Positions 40,687 through 53,180 of a stretch of 64,000 bases of DNA are shown piece by piece (position 1 is the stretch's first letter; every line of letters starts with the position of its first letter). The DNA is from an uncultured Chloroflexia bacterium (GTDB lineage Bacteria > Chloroflexota > UBA6077 > JACCZL01): positions 544,001 to 608,000 of the forward strand of contig CAVXYC010000015.1 of the NCBI GenBank assembly GCA_963765765.1. The letters are read 5' to 3'. Under the pieces are notes generated by a model. It worked only from the letters and a program-made list of their open reading frames with translations, was not told where the DNA came from and did not search any database. A program made the translations under genes and the position numbers.

Positions 40687-41943
40687 GTGCGATACCTGTT
40701 CCGTCTCGTCCTGCTACTGACACTGTTCGGAAGCACCGTTCCATCAGCCGCGCCAGCAACGGCCCAGGCCGCGCCTGTTCCTGGCGCCTGCGTGCATGGG
40801 ACCCTGCCGCACAAAGCCTTGTCGCTGATCTGCATCCCGACGAGCGGCTGGAACGGCGACCTGGTGGTCTGGGCGCACGGCTACGTGGACTTCACCGAGC
40901 CAATCGGCTTCTACCACCTGGAGCTCCCCGACGGCACGAATCTGCCCGACCTGGTTCAGGGTCTGGGGTTCGCGTTTGCCACGACCAGCTATCGCCAGAA
41001 CGGCCTGGCCATTCTCGAGGGCATCGACGATATCGCCGAGCTTGTCGCGGCGTTCCGCCGCACGGCCGGCCGTACCCCCACCCATACGTACCTGGCGGGC
41101 GTCTCCGAGGGCGGGGCCATCACCGCCCTGGCCATCGAGCGGCGACCGGAGCTCTTCAGCGGCGGGCTCTCGGCCTGTGGCCCGATCGGGGATTTCAAGT
41201 ACCAGGTGGAATACGTCGGCGACTTCCGCGTCCTCTTCGATTACTTCTTCCCCGGAGTGATCCCCGGCGAGCCGACGAACATCCCGTCGGAAGTCATCAG
41301 TAATTGGGACGGTACGTACGTCCCGAGGATACGGCAGGCATTGGCCGCCAACCCGGGCGCGGCCCGCCAGCTGATCAGCACCTCGAAGGCCGCGACCGAC
41401 TCGGCCGACCCCTCAACGGTTGCGACCACCACGGAACACGTGCTCTGGTACAACGTCTTCGGGACCAATGATGCGGTCACCAAACTCGGCGGCAACCCGT
41501 TCGGCAACCGCGATCGCTGGTACTGGGGCTCGGACAACGACATACTGCTCAACGCGCTGGTCAGGCGCTTCAGCGCCGACGAGCGCGCGCTGCGCCAAGT
41601 CGGCCGCTATCAGACAACCGGGCCACTGACCCGACCATTGGTGACCCTGCACACCACCGGTGATGAGGTCATTCCTTTCTGGCATCAAGTTCTCTATGCT
41701 GGCAAAGCAAGTCCATCTGGCGGCGGCAGTCTGACGCAGCTTCCAGTGTTCCGCTATGGCCACTGCAACTTCACGCGGGACGACGCCCTGCTTGCATTCG
41801 GCCTACTGGCTCTGCAAGTGACCGGCAGCCAGCCGCAGGGCATCACCCAGCGGGTCGATGTGGAGCAGACGCGTCGCGACTTCGAGCGTGCGCAGCGGGA
41901 AATTCGTCCGAAGATGCCCACGACCAATCGCGGGCAGGAGTGA
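40687..41943 (+). CDS. Secreted alpha/beta hydrolase
   Basis: GAGGAGG plus GTG, signal peptide, WAHGY, GVSEGG nucleophile, LHTTGD, GHC. Confidence 0.8.
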   Translation: MRYLFRLVLLLTLFGSTVPSAAPATAQAAPVPGACVHGTLPHKALSLICIPTSGWNGDLVVWAHGYVDFTEPIGFYHLELPDGTNLPDLVQGLGFAFATTSYRQNGLAILEGIDDIAELVAAFRRTAGRTPTHTYLAGVSEGGAITALAIERRPELFSGGLSACGPIGDFKYQVEYVGDFRVLFDYFFPGVIPGEPTNIPSEVISNWDGTYVPRIRQALAANPGAARQLISTSKAATDSADPSTVATTTEHVLWYNVFGTNDAVTKLGGNPFGNRDRWYWGSDNDILLNALVRRFSADERALRQVGRYQTTGPLTRPLVTLHTTGDEVIPFWHQVLYAGKASPSGGGSLTQLPVFRYGHCNFTRDDALLAFGLLALQVTGSQPQGITQRVDVEQTRRDFERAQREIRPKMPTTNRGQE

Positions 41944-43217
41944 ACGATCGCGCGATCGACCGGACCGATTGCCGTCACGACTGAACGGCGAGGAGCCCGC
42001 TGCGGTTACTGGGCCAGAGCTGGCAAGCTCTTCCGGTAAACGCCCGGACCGCACGCAAGCGACCAGGGCTGACTGCACCCTGGCTGATCAGCACGGGCGA
42101 ATGTGCAAAGAGGAGAGGATCCCGGGAGCCGGTTATTGACGGTTTCGCCCCGTTTTTCCCGGCCGCCGCGACAGTAACCTTCGCGATGGTGTTATTCGAG
42201 CTCGAAGGGTGGTGAGTGACGATCGTTCCTTGCCCGGCGTAATCATCTGAGACCTGATCAACTCAATCTTGCTGACTCATAGTATTCTCAACCACACGCC
42301 CCCCTGGCGACGGTGGCGGATGAGCCGGGGCCTCGGCTCCCCGCCACCATCAGAGACCTGTCACCCCTTTTCCAGTGAGTGTGACCTCGCCAGTCCTGCA
42401 GCGACCATTTTGCTGACAACTGCCGACTGCTCTCGACCGCGCCCCGCGACCAGGCGAGTCCATACTCAAGCTGTCTTCCCGCGTCTGCTCTCGTGCCGTG
42501 CGGTACGAGCGGGCTCTGCCTCCTCGAGCATCTCAGTCGTCATGTGGACTCAGCCCGGATAGGTCGCCGCTCGGTTCAGCGGAACCCTGCCTCCTCGCTT
42601 GCTCCGAGATCCATCGCGCCTCGTCGTCCGAGATGCTCGTCTTCACGCCCTGAATGGCCCGGCACTTCACGTGCCGATATATCAGCCCAGACCCGATCAA
42701 GGCCGAGCTGATTGTTAACCGACAGTGACCGTATTCGAGCGTCGGGATCCGCGTCCGCGAACGCAGATCGGAGTCGTTACCGATCCCGGATTACAGCAAC
42801 GAATATCAGAAAGGTACGAGCGGCCCACGGTGGTGTGCATCGCGATTAACGGGGTTCGTGATACGCCGATCGGCGGAGCACCAGGATAGCCAAGCGCTAC
42901 TGAATCCGCGCGCTCCGCACGAACCTCGATGCGACCATACGAGAGTTGCATCCAACCCGCCGGATAGTGCCACTCGGCGTCGGAATACCGAGGGCCCGTG
43001 CCATGAGTGCTTCGCGCCGTTCATGCGGCTGCGAACCCGTATTTGAACGCGTAGCTGTTTCAAAGCTCAGCTATAGCTATCTCATGCACATCTGTGGTAG
43101 TTTGGCCCAGAGCGAGAGCTCCTCCGTTTCCATTCAGCCTCTGAGCAATTTCGACGTCCGAGCGGCTGTTTGGACGCGGGACCTTTCCCAGCACGTCGCT
43201 ACATAGGAGGTCGACTC

Positions 43218-44459
43218 ATGAGTGAGATGCGCGAGGCGAGCAGCAATCGGAACGCCTGTAGTCGGATACCGCGCCGTTCGCCTCCCTTACTCCTCATTCT
43301 CGCCCTTCTCGCGACGCTTCCCATGCTCGCTGCGGCGCCGGTTGTATCCGCGGAGGCAGCCGACGAGCTGTGCACTGACGTCGTCCCCGGCCCCGATTCG
43401 CGAAACTCCCCGGATATCAGTATGAATACCGCGGGAAGACACATTGCCGGCGCTACAGAGACGCTCAATCCAGCCCCGAGTTTCTTGCTGCGCATCGGGT
43501 TCCCAGCTGACCCGACTGATGCGGCCCAGGCTATCCGCCGAGAGCCGAACCGGATTGCTGACACATCCAGCCACAACGTATCTCGAGGCACGGTATCGGC
43601 CGCTCAGCAACTTACGACGTTCTGGGGAAGTTACTGGGGATGGAATCCATTCTCGCGTCAGTCCACCAGCCTCTATGGCATCTACGGAAAAGAACCTGCT
43701 GCGGATGGGCAGTATCCCGTTTTTATGTACTTTACGGGAGGGCTCTGGCCAGTGCAGGGTCTCTATTATGGCGGTGACGGTCAACGCATGGTGCAGGAGA
43801 TGGCCAGCAGAGGTTTCGTTGCTGTGTCCGTGGAATATGACAACGCGTCTACGCCGACGTGTTCAAGCCTTCCTGAGAAGAGCAGATCCATCTTTAATAA
43901 CAATGTTGGGTCGTCTGCAATTAGAAGTATATGTTCCAGGAGCAAGGCGGACTGCGCAAAAGGAATCGTCCTAGCGGGAGTATCTCAGGGCGCCCAGGTT
44001 GCCACTCTGGGAAAAAACTTCGACGATCGAGTACAAGCGGTGTACAGCATTGGTGGCGCCACCACACCTGATCCTGCACAAACTCTCGCGCCATGCCTGA
44101 ACGAGGGAAATCGAGCATTATCCGGCGATAGATTGCGGGCAGTTTCGGGCGAGAGTGATACCGTTATGACCGGGTTTTGGACGGGATTGAGAGATCCGAG
44201 CGTTGTGCGACGCAGTCTACAGCAGCTCACCGGCGCGAATTGTGCGTCTACCGACTCTTCCTGTTTCCGGAGCAATAACAGTGGCTGGTACATGGTCAGA
44301 GACAGTGAAGTTGAGGACCGAGTAGCTGACCATTGTTACTTCAACTCAGTGGGTGGCTGTCTATCTACACGATTAGACGTGGGCTTTATGCCGCCTGCAG
44401 CACACCAATGGTCTCTCAGCACAAACCTCAATTGGCTGCAGCAGTTCGTGAGGCCTTGA
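43218..44459 (+). CDS. Secreted Cys-rich alpha/beta-hydrolase-fold protein
   Basis: AGGAGG plus ATG, signal peptide, YPVFMYFTG, RGFVAVSVEY, GVSQGA, DHCYF. Confidence 0.7.
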   Translation: MSEMREASSNRNACSRIPRRSPPLLLILALLATLPMLAAAPVVSAEAADELCTDVVPGPDSRNSPDISMNTAGRHIAGATETLNPAPSFLLRIGFPADPTDAAQAIRREPNRIADTSSHNVSRGTVSAAQQLTTFWGSYWGWNPFSRQSTSLYGIYGKEPAADGQYPVFMYFTGGLWPVQGLYYGGDGQRMVQEMASRGFVAVSVEYDNASTPTCSSLPEKSRSIFNNNVGSSAIRSICSRSKADCAKGIVLAGVSQGAQVATLGKNFDDRVQAVYSIGGATTPDPAQTLAPCLNEGNRALSGDRLRAVSGESDTVMTGFWTGLRDPSVVRRSLQQLTGANCASTDSSCFRSNNSGWYMVRDSEVEDRVADHCYFNSVGGCLSTRLDVGFMPPAAHQWSLSTNLNWLQQFVRP

Positions 44460-44835
44460 CATTCAGCATGCCGACTAAGGATTCTGTAGACCCCTGAGCA
44501 GACTAGTGACCGGACGGGGTCCTGATCGAGCTTTTCACGTCATTTGTAGCGCATCGAGTTAGCCCTACGGTGACCGTTCCTGGGTGAGAGTCGCCTGCCT
44601 GCGCCTAATGTGCCTGGCGCGAAGTCTGCGGGTGCCGGCGGACGGGCAGTGAGGGTCCTAGTCTTTGCGCAAGTCTGGGCGTAAACGGGGGCGCGGGCTC
44701 AGTCGTACAAGCGCTCGTCCTACACCCTGTCGCGGCAGGCAGAGCGCAGAGCGGGCACTTTAGGAGTCGGCAACTTCCGGCTGGCGAACTATCCCCCCAT
44801 GGCCGTGGCAGCACCGCGGAAGACGGTACGACTGT

Positions 44836-45937
44836 TTACGGCTTAGTAGGCCCGTGAAGCATCGCACCGATCCAGGAATGGCGCACGAAAAGCCGGTACG
44901 TGCCGAGACTGAGCGCGAGCGTGCCGAACGCGACCAGCGTGTACTTGATCGGACCCCACCACGGCCACGGCGCCACCCAGACCTGCAGGAATACGCAGAT
45001 CGGAAGGTGCACCAGGTAGATCCAATACGCCGCGTCCGAGAGCCACGCCACCCAGGTCCGTTCCGCCGCCATGAAGCGAACGAAAATCCCGATGAACAAG
45101 CCTACAAGCGTCCATGTAAAGAAAGCGTAGAGGAGCGCTCCAGCCAGCCGAGGGGGGCCTCCAGTGCCCACATGGGACCCACTCCTTGAGCCAGCAGGAC
45201 CATGACGGCCAGACTCCCTACGGCGAGCAGAGCGCGAAGCGTCAGGTGCCGTCCGAAGTTTACGATCCGCTCAGGCGCGCGGTGCAGGAACCAGCCATAG
45301 GCGAAGAAAATCGCGTAGTAGGCGAGAATGCCGACGTCCGGTACGAACGTGGTGGGCGCCCAGAGCTGCCGCCTCTGAAGAACAACGACGGCCGTCGCCG
45401 CGACCAGCAGCCAGGGCCGGGCCGCGCAGTCCGCCCAGGGCTCGGCCTTGAATCGCGCGGCCAGAAAGGTGCCGATCGTGATCAGCAGCAGGTAGTAGAG
45501 GAACCAGAGATGAACCGGCGAGATGACGAGGTCGTATGCGTCCAGATCGACGTTGACATTGGAAGTCTGGTGCTGGCAGAGACCTCCCCCAGTGCGACAG
45601 AAGGAACAGCGACCCCGCAGCTGGCGGCCAGAATATCACGAGCGGCACCAGCAGGCGCTTGAGACGCTGCTTGAGGAATTTCGTTCGGCCTCGCCTCTCA
45701 ATCAGCAGCCGCGAGAAGAAGCCCGATAGGAGGAAGAAGACCGGGCATGCGAAAGGCGTGGCTAACAAACGCGAAGACGTCCGCGACAATGGACGTCGAC
45801 CCGTCCTGAACCGCCCATCCAACTGGCGTGGCCATGAACGAGATCGACGCGTGGTAGAACAGACCCAGCAGCATCGCCGCGGTGCGCGCGGCGTCCAGCT
45901 GGTGATATCGAACGGACTGAGAGCTTGCCCTTAACAT
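44836..45937 (-). CDS. Acyltransferase family 3 (OpgC/MdoC-like), frameshifted
   Basis: RYHQLDAAR..AMLLG..YH, HAFRMP.FFLLSGFF, HLWFLYYLL, LSDAAYWIYLVH. Confidence 0.8.
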
Positions 45938-46029
45938 GCAGTTGGACTTCCAAGACCACAGTCGAGGTAGGCGACAGTTTACGGTGGCTGGGGTAGCCCG
46001 TCAAGACCGCGAATTGCATCACAAGGTTT

Positions 46030-46345
46030 CTTCTCGAAAGGAGGAGATCGACCTGGTGGCCCATTGTGGCACCAGCTGCGCCGGCGAGTTTCTGTTCAAC
46101 CTCAGTGCTGTGGATATCGCCACCGGCTGGATGGGTCTGGAAGCTGTCCTGACCAAGGGCGAGCTGGCCGTCTTTGAAGCCTTAGGCCGCCTCCGGACAT
46201 GCCTGCCTTTCCCGCTCCAGGGGCTGGACTCGGACAACGGCAGCGAGTTCATCAACCATCATTTCGTTCGGTGTGTAGAACCGAGGGCATCACGCTGACC
46301 CCCTCGCGGCGTACCGGAAGAACGACAACTGCTTCATCGAACGGT
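46030..46345 (+). mobile_element. Fragment of an integrase-core (rve/DDE) transposase
   Basis: EIDLVAHCG, VDIATGW, GLDSDNGSEFIN, then frameshifted YRKNDNCFIE; no N-terminus or IS ends seen. Confidence 0.75.
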
Positions 46346-46884
46346 TCGCCAAACACCAAACGGGCCGCTCCCTCGGGGGCGCGCTCAGAATAGGATAGCG
46401 TCGAGATTCGACGACACCGCCGGTGCCGTGCGCGCCGACTTTCTGGGAATCACACGGCGCACGGCCTGCCGCCCCAGTTTCGGGCTGTGCTCTAGAATCC
46501 GGCTACGATTGAACGGGTCCGCTGTGTGCTTCGCAGCCAGCCTCATCCAGTTCGCTCGCCGACGTCGTGACATAGGCCCCGCTGTGGTAGCTCTTGAGCC
46601 CTGCTAGTCGTCGGGGCGGACCATGGGTCAAAGCCTGACTTATGAGGGTATGCTCCGTGTCGAGGAGGAACGGGATGTCCGGCGTCTCGGAGGCTGAGCC
46701 CCAGGGGATCAACCGCAGTTACTCTGATATACTCAACCGCTGGTAAAACGGTATCAATGCAGTTGTCTTTGGCGGCCATCCGAATCACAGCGCGCGGCAT
46801 CCCCGCCCGTCACCGGTCGGAGCGTCAATCGCTCCGAGCTGACGTGGCCAGCCACGCGCTCATAGGGCACCAAGAGGCGCTGTT

Positions 46885-49800
46885 GTGGGCCTGACCCGTG
46901 TTGCGATATCGCGCCCTGTATTCATGCTCATGGTCATTTTGGCCATGGTGCTGCTGGGCCTTGTCTCCTTTTTCCGACTGAACGCGGAGCTGTATCCGCC
47001 CACCAATACGCCGGTGGTCACCGTCCTCACCACGTACCAGGGCGCGGCGCCAGAAGACGTCCAACGACTCGTCACTGAGCCACTCGAGGACGCCGTAGCG
47101 GGCATAGCGAACGTCGATGTCATTCAGTCGTCCTCGTTCGAGGGGTCATCGCAGGTCACCATCACCTTTACGGATGTGGCCGATATCAATACGGCCGCCA
47201 CGGACGTTGAGCGTCGTATCAGCGCGGTGCGGGCAACGCTTCCGCAGGACGCTGAGTCGCCAACGGTTCTCAAACTTGACCCGACACAGCTTCCGGTACT
47301 CTACCTCACCTACACCGGCACGATGCCGCTCAACGAGCTATTCCGCATCGCCGACGATCGGATCAAGCCGAGTCTGGAGACTCAAAACGGCGTGGGATCC
47401 GTTGACATCACGGGCGGGCTGGAGCGTGAGATACAGGTTCAGGTCAATCCGGACCGATTGCGCGCCTACGGGGTTACGCTCGATCAGATCTCGCAGGCGT
47501 TGAGTCGCGAGAATCAGGGAATCCCTGGGGGATCCATCGAACGTGGTCGTCAGCAGACAAACCTGCGTCTGTACGGACTCATCCAGTCGGTGGACGAGCT
47601 GCGCAAGGTCACGATTCCCGGCACTCAGGCGTCGCCTCAGCTGGGCGACGTAGCGACGGTTGTCGATACCTACAAGCGCACCACTACCAGGACCTATCTC
47701 AACGGGCAGCCGGCTGTTGGCTTGACCGTGACCAAGCAGTCCGGAGCGAACGAGATTGCCACCGTTGATGCGCTACGCGCGGAGCTGACCCGCCTGAACG
47801 CGACGCTTCCAAACGGATCGTACATTTACACGATTTTGGATACCTCGACGTTCACCCGCAACTCGCTGAACGGTGTTCAGCGCAGCCTGATGGAAGCGGT
47901 GCTGTTGACAGGCCTGGTGCTCCTTGTCTTCTTGCACACCTTCCGCAGTACGGCCATCGTGCTGTTCTCGATTCCGACGTCGTTGATCTCCACGCTCCTG
48001 GTGATGAACTTCCTGGGGTTCACTCTCAACATCATGTCCAGCATGGCGCTGGTACTTGTTGTTGGCGTGCTTGTGGACGATTCGATTGTGGTGCTCGAGA
48101 ACATTTTCAGGCACCTCGAGCACGGCACAAACCCGCGCGAGGCCGCCATTCGGGGCCGCAGTGAGATTGGGCAAGCAGCCATTGCTATCACGCTCGTTGA
48201 CGTGGTCGTCTTTACGCCCGTCGCCTTTATGTCGGGCACAGTTGGGAGTTTCTTCCGCCAGTTCGGCCTCGTCATAGCGGCCGCGACGCTGCTGTCTCTA
48301 TTCATCTCGTTCACATTGACGCCATTGTTGGCCTCGCGGTGGCTGCAGCCAGCGGGGGTAGACGAACCGGATAATTTCCGGTGGCGCTGGAGTCGTGCGT
48401 TCGAGCGATTTATGGATCGCCTGCGACAGCGATATGAGCGAGCGCTCGGATGGGCGCTCCGCCACCGCCGGGTACCGCCGCTGGCGGCAGTGGCGATGCT
48501 CATCTTCTCGTGTGCTCTCATTCCGCTGGGCTACGTCAAGGGAGAGTTCATCCCGCAATCCGATAGCGGTTATCTGACGGTGACAATTGAGACGCCACCG
48601 GGCTCCTCATTGGATGCAACCGAGCAGGCGATTCGCGCCGTTGAGGCCCGACTGGCTGCCATCCCGAGATCCAGTACTACCTATCCACTCCCGGCACCGG
48701 CGGTACAAATTCAAACGGGCTCTCCTCGCGTAATGCACGATTCGGGCGCATCCAGATCGTACTCGTGGACCTGCATCATCGATCTCGGAGCGTATGGCAG
48801 ATTGCGGATCAGATCTCGGCTGAGACGCAGGCGATACCCGACGCGACGATTCGTGCATCGCTTTCAGGTGGCGGCGGAACAGCCCCTGTCCAGGTTCTCG
48901 TGACCGGCGAGGCGCCTCAGGAGGTCGAGTCACTGGCGGCGCGGGTAGAGGAGATGGTGCGTAACGTCCCGGGCACCCGCGACATTACCAACAGCGGCTC
49001 GCGGGCAAACCCTGAAACGAGACTCGTGCCAGACCGAGATCGGTTGTCCGACTTTGGTGTCTCGGCTCAGCAGGTGGCGCTGGCACTGAGGACGTCGGTT
49101 GAAGGCCAAGTGGTGACCGAGCTGCGTCCTGAGGGCGTACCCGAGGTGGACGTGCGTCTCATTGCCGAAGACGCCTCGCGAGATAGTCTGATGAACCTCG
49201 GCAGCTTACCGGTTGTGGGAACACGTCGCGGAGCACCTGTGACGGTGATGTTGAGTCAGCTCACGAGCATCGAGCAGGTCGTTGGGCCGGCCACAATCGA
49301 TCGTCGAAATCGACAGCCGGTGATCACTATCGGCTCGGGGCTGGCGGGCAACACGCCGCTTGGTGAGGTGACTGGGCCTATTCAGCGGGGCATCAATGAG
49401 ATGCGAGCGCGGGGTGAAATCCCCGGGGGCTATAACGTGCAATTCGGCGGTCAAGCCGCCGATCAAGCCAAGGCATTCGACCAGTTGCTCCTGGCACTTG
49501 GGCTCTCTGTCATCCTGGAGTACATGCTGCTCGCGGCGCTTTACGAGAGCGTCATCCTCCCGTTCGCTACGATGTTCGCGCTACCGCTAGCCATCATCGG
49601 CGCACTGCTAGCGTTGGCAGTCACGGGTAACACGCTGAACCTGCTGTCAATGATCGGCGTTGTGGTGCTCATGGGATTGGTTGGCAAGAACGGCATCCTG
49701 CTCGTGGACTACACCAATTCGCTACGGCGCGCTGGCGAGCCACGCCCTGATGCGTTGCGTCAGGCGGGGGGAGCGCGCCTCCGGCCGATCCTGATGACCA

Positions 49801-50112
49801 CGATGGCCTTGGTGTTCGGCATGATGCCACTGGCGCTTAAGCTCGAGGAGGGATCCGAGATCTACGTTGGTATGGCCACCGTAATCATCGGTGGCATGTT
49901 GAGCTCAACGTTTCTGAGCTTGCTCGTGGTTCCTTGCATGTACACGTACTTCGGACGATTTCCAGACCTTAATGGTGCCCCTGCTCCGCTGGCGCCCATT
50001 CCGCCGCCGTCCGAAATCTCCGCCGCCCGCGCCTAGCCCGTTCCCGACGACGCCATACTCCGAGCCCGCCCCGCGATTTGAGCGGGAGCACGTCGGTTCC
50101 GGCCGCAGGTAG
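46885..50112 (+). CDS. RND efflux permease, AcrB family (frameshifts near 48670 and 49953)
   Basis: ISRPV, GVLVDDSIVVLENI, GKNGILLVD, RLRPILMTT; ORFs 46885-48903 and 48765-50036. Confidence 0.9.
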
Positions 50113-50881
50113 GCGATGAGGTGACGCGTGGCGTGTGGGAGTGCCGCCTTCACTTCCGCGGAGGTTGTCAATCGGCCGGCTCAAGTGATCTGCTTGATTG
50201 AGCTCTCCTCATGGCGGCTTCGGTGTTGACGGGATCGGTGCGCTTACGGTGTGGAAGGATGCGCCTGAACTCGGAAGCGGAATGCTAATTGGCACGTCTT
50301 GGCTGAAACGCCGCGCTTCCGGTAGCACTCGCGCTGCTCCAGGAAGCGCCAGTCGCGCCCTGTAGATCGCCCCGAGGCTGGCGAGTGCCTTACGGGCAGC
50401 GGTAGGCATCCTCTCCGACGAGCCATTCGACGGACGAACGTAACCGGCCTCCGTCGACTTACTAGTTCTACCTCGATTGGTGGACGCTGGGGCCCGACTC
50501 GGCCCCGCGCAGTAGGCCCGAGAGCGTGCTGCTTCGGGTGACGGAGATGAGGGCCGGGCGCTTCTGGGCTGGGTCCTGGACAACGAAGTGACACTGGCGG
50601 CCCTCGAGCTGCGGGGCCAGGAGGCCATCGAGCGCGGGTTGCGGGAGCTCTACGACGCCGTGAAGGCGGCGGACCCCGCCACTGGGTCACGCACTCGAAC
50701 TGGCCGCTCACGAAGCAGTTGAACTTGGGTCCCTGGACATCGCCAGCTTCAATCTGTACCCGGTCCACCCCACCGGATGTGGCGGCGCTCGGGTACGAGA
50801 CGTACATCCGGGAATGTTGCGTCCGCTCACCGGTGACAGGCCACTCCTGCTGACCGAGCCGAAGCCGCCCGATCGGCGGGT

Positions 50882-51030
50882 GTGAGCGTCTCCGGTATGA
50901 AATCGCGGGTGCAACGTGGTCGCCGCTCGCTGCGCCAGCTCCTCACCGAGTGCTGCCGCGTGTGCACCGGGCCCGCGGGCAGAATCAGGGGCTACGAATC
51001 CGGCGCCGGCTGCGGCGGGAGTCGCCGCAG
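50882..51030 (+). pseudogene. sigZ: C-terminal remnant of a SigZ-type ECF sigma factor
   Basis: SVSGMKSRVQRGRRSLRQLLTECC...GRIRGYE..CG matches SigZ region 4 and its Cys-containing tail; region 2 absent. Confidence 0.6.
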
Positions 51031-51289
51031 CCGGCGGGGGCGGCGTCCCGGGCCACTGCGGATGCGCGGGCCCACCGCCGTGAGCCGAGGAGGCGCCGGC
51101 TAGGCCTTCCGGGGTCGAGCACCGCCCGGGCGGCGGGATCGTCGGCGAAGGCGTTCATCGAGCGCACGGGCGCACCGCCTGGGATCAAGTCACCGGGGGC
51201 GGCTCGAATTTGGAACGATCTGACAGCTTGCACCTTCCCAGCGTCGCGCGGTCAACGTGAGCTGCATCCGGAAGGCCATTGGCTCCTAG

Positions 51290-51503
51290 GCAGCGAGCGG
51301 TCGTCGGGATCGGCCAGGTCAGCCTGCACCCACCGCCGATCTGGCCAGCGCTGGCTCGCACGATCGGCGTCCCGACTCACACAGCGCACTCGCAGTCCGG
51401 CGGCATTCAGTGCGGGCCAAAGCCGGCTCCCGACGAAGCCCGCCGCCCCGGTGAGGAGCACGTCGGCCGGAGGGAGGTCAGGCACGCCCAGGACCGTGGC
51501 CAC
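51290..51503 (-). pseudogene. N-terminal fragment of a YbjT/NmrA-like NAD(P)-binding protein
   Basis: VLLTGAAGFVGSRL...VRCVSR...VQADLADP, then truncated. Confidence 0.6.
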
Positions 51504-52036
51504 GCGGTCAGAAGCGCGTCCGCCGGTCGGACTGCGACGACCATTCCCACTGCCTGCTGTGGATCCCTCGGGTGCATTCTATCTATATGGTAGGCCATAG
51601 CCTGCCTGCTGGCTGGAAGCTGCCACGCTCCGTGCTCCGCAACGCGACGGTCTCATTGTCAACGAGCGAGACCGGCGATGACGATTGGATCGGAGTGGAG
51701 ATACCGACGGAGATGCTATCGACAGACACTCCTGATGTTTCCCGTGCCTGGTGTGTCGATCTGTGGGGGGAGCCTCAGGACTAGGTCAGACTCACAACGA
51801 CCTGGAACGGAAGCCCCTGAGTGGCCTTTTCATTTACTGCGCAATATGCATCCGCATGCACATTCGATCCTGCAAAACCGGCACATGACCGGACTGCCGG
51901 TTTGGCGAGAGGTTGCGCTCGCAGCGAGCGAGGGTAGAAGAGATCGGCCTTAGCGCCAGCGTCGCCGCAAGTGGTTCAGCGACGTGCAAGCTGCACGGCC
52001 GCTACTGGGCTGTAACGCTCAGCGATTACTCAATCG

Positions 52037-52667
52037 TCATTGAATGGGGACCTCGAGGTTCGCGGCGACGGCGGAGGTCCGCACGGTCTCGTCGATGATC
52101 ACGGACTGGCCGCCGGCGCCGGTCGTCACCGCTCCGTGGTTGCCGGCGAACACGCCGGTGTTCGCGAACAGTTCCTGGACGACAACCGCGCCGGTCGAGC
52201 CCGGAGCTCCCGACGAGGGTATAGTCGTTCGACGTAAAGACGGCGTGGAGCGCGGCGAGCTGGCCGTTTGTGCCATCGATGACGTTGTTGGTGACGTGAA
52301 CGCTTTCGTACGGCGTGTCCAATGCGTTCACCTGCCCCAGGGCAAGCTGGCGAAGCGCCTCGATCATCCCCGTGGAGAGGAGCAGCTGGTTGAATCTGTT
52401 GTGGCGGATGTGAACGGTGCAAGCCATACCGTTAATCACCACGCGGTTCTTGAGTCGACTCCCAGGAGTCCGCGCTCGTCTACGTTGAGCGGCCGGCCAT
52501 CTGCCACACCGTACAGACTGATGTTTCCGGCAATCTCGTTGTCTACGATCGTGACCGTTCAGGGCGTGACATTCGAAGGATCGGTCAGCTTCTCCTGGAG
52601 GTCGTCAGGCGCGCCAATCTCCAGTGCAACGACGTCCGATTGCTGCGCCACCGCGGCCCTCAAGTAG
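52037..52667 (-). pseudogene. C-terminal fragment of a probable right-handed beta-helix protein
   Basis: Repeated I.DNEI.GN, HIRHNRF, VTNNVI, FTSN, FAGNHG segments broken by a stop and frameshifts. Confidence 0.4.
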
Positions 52668-53106
52668 CCGACCGCGCGCCACCGCCCCAGGGTCGCTTTT
52701 GGCACCGATCAAGGCGGACAAATATCTGAGTTGAGCCGTAACCTTCGCTGATAGTCCGGCGCTCTCGCTGGCGATCCCGCGGTCAAGGTCGCGTGTGAGC
52801 GCTCGGCGAGCGGAGGCGGAGAGTCCATCGATCTCGCGGGCCGGGCGGTTTGAATCGCTACTTATCCTGCCAGGGCGTCAGTGCCCCCAGAAGAGCGGGG
52901 CGATGTTGAATCCGTAAAGCAACTGCACCAACACACGCAAGCTGTGACAGAGCATCTTCAACAGTGGCTCATTCATCTGCCGGGTGGTGCTCGAGCTGCG
53001 CCACTTGCCCGCTAACTTTGCCGAAATGTTGGCGAGCACGCTCGCCAGCAGGGTGTCTCAGGCGTGCAGGGCCTGAGCTTGGAGCGTGGCTCAGAAGATG
53101 CTAACT

Positions 53107-53135
53107 TTGCGCCTGTTTGATTACGTCCGTATGAT
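53107..53135 (+). promoter_or_regulatory. Candidate sigma70 promoter of the Liv-type operon
   Basis: TTGCGC-N17-TATGAT, 45 bp before ATG 53181. Confidence 0.5.
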
Positions 53136-53180
53136 TCGACGCGCACGGGCGAGTTGCGACGCGTGATGGAGAGAAAGAGC

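Noticed and set aside
42715-42951. Possible metallophosphoesterase remnant (NPGSV)
   Set aside because: Single short motif; other metal motifs absent
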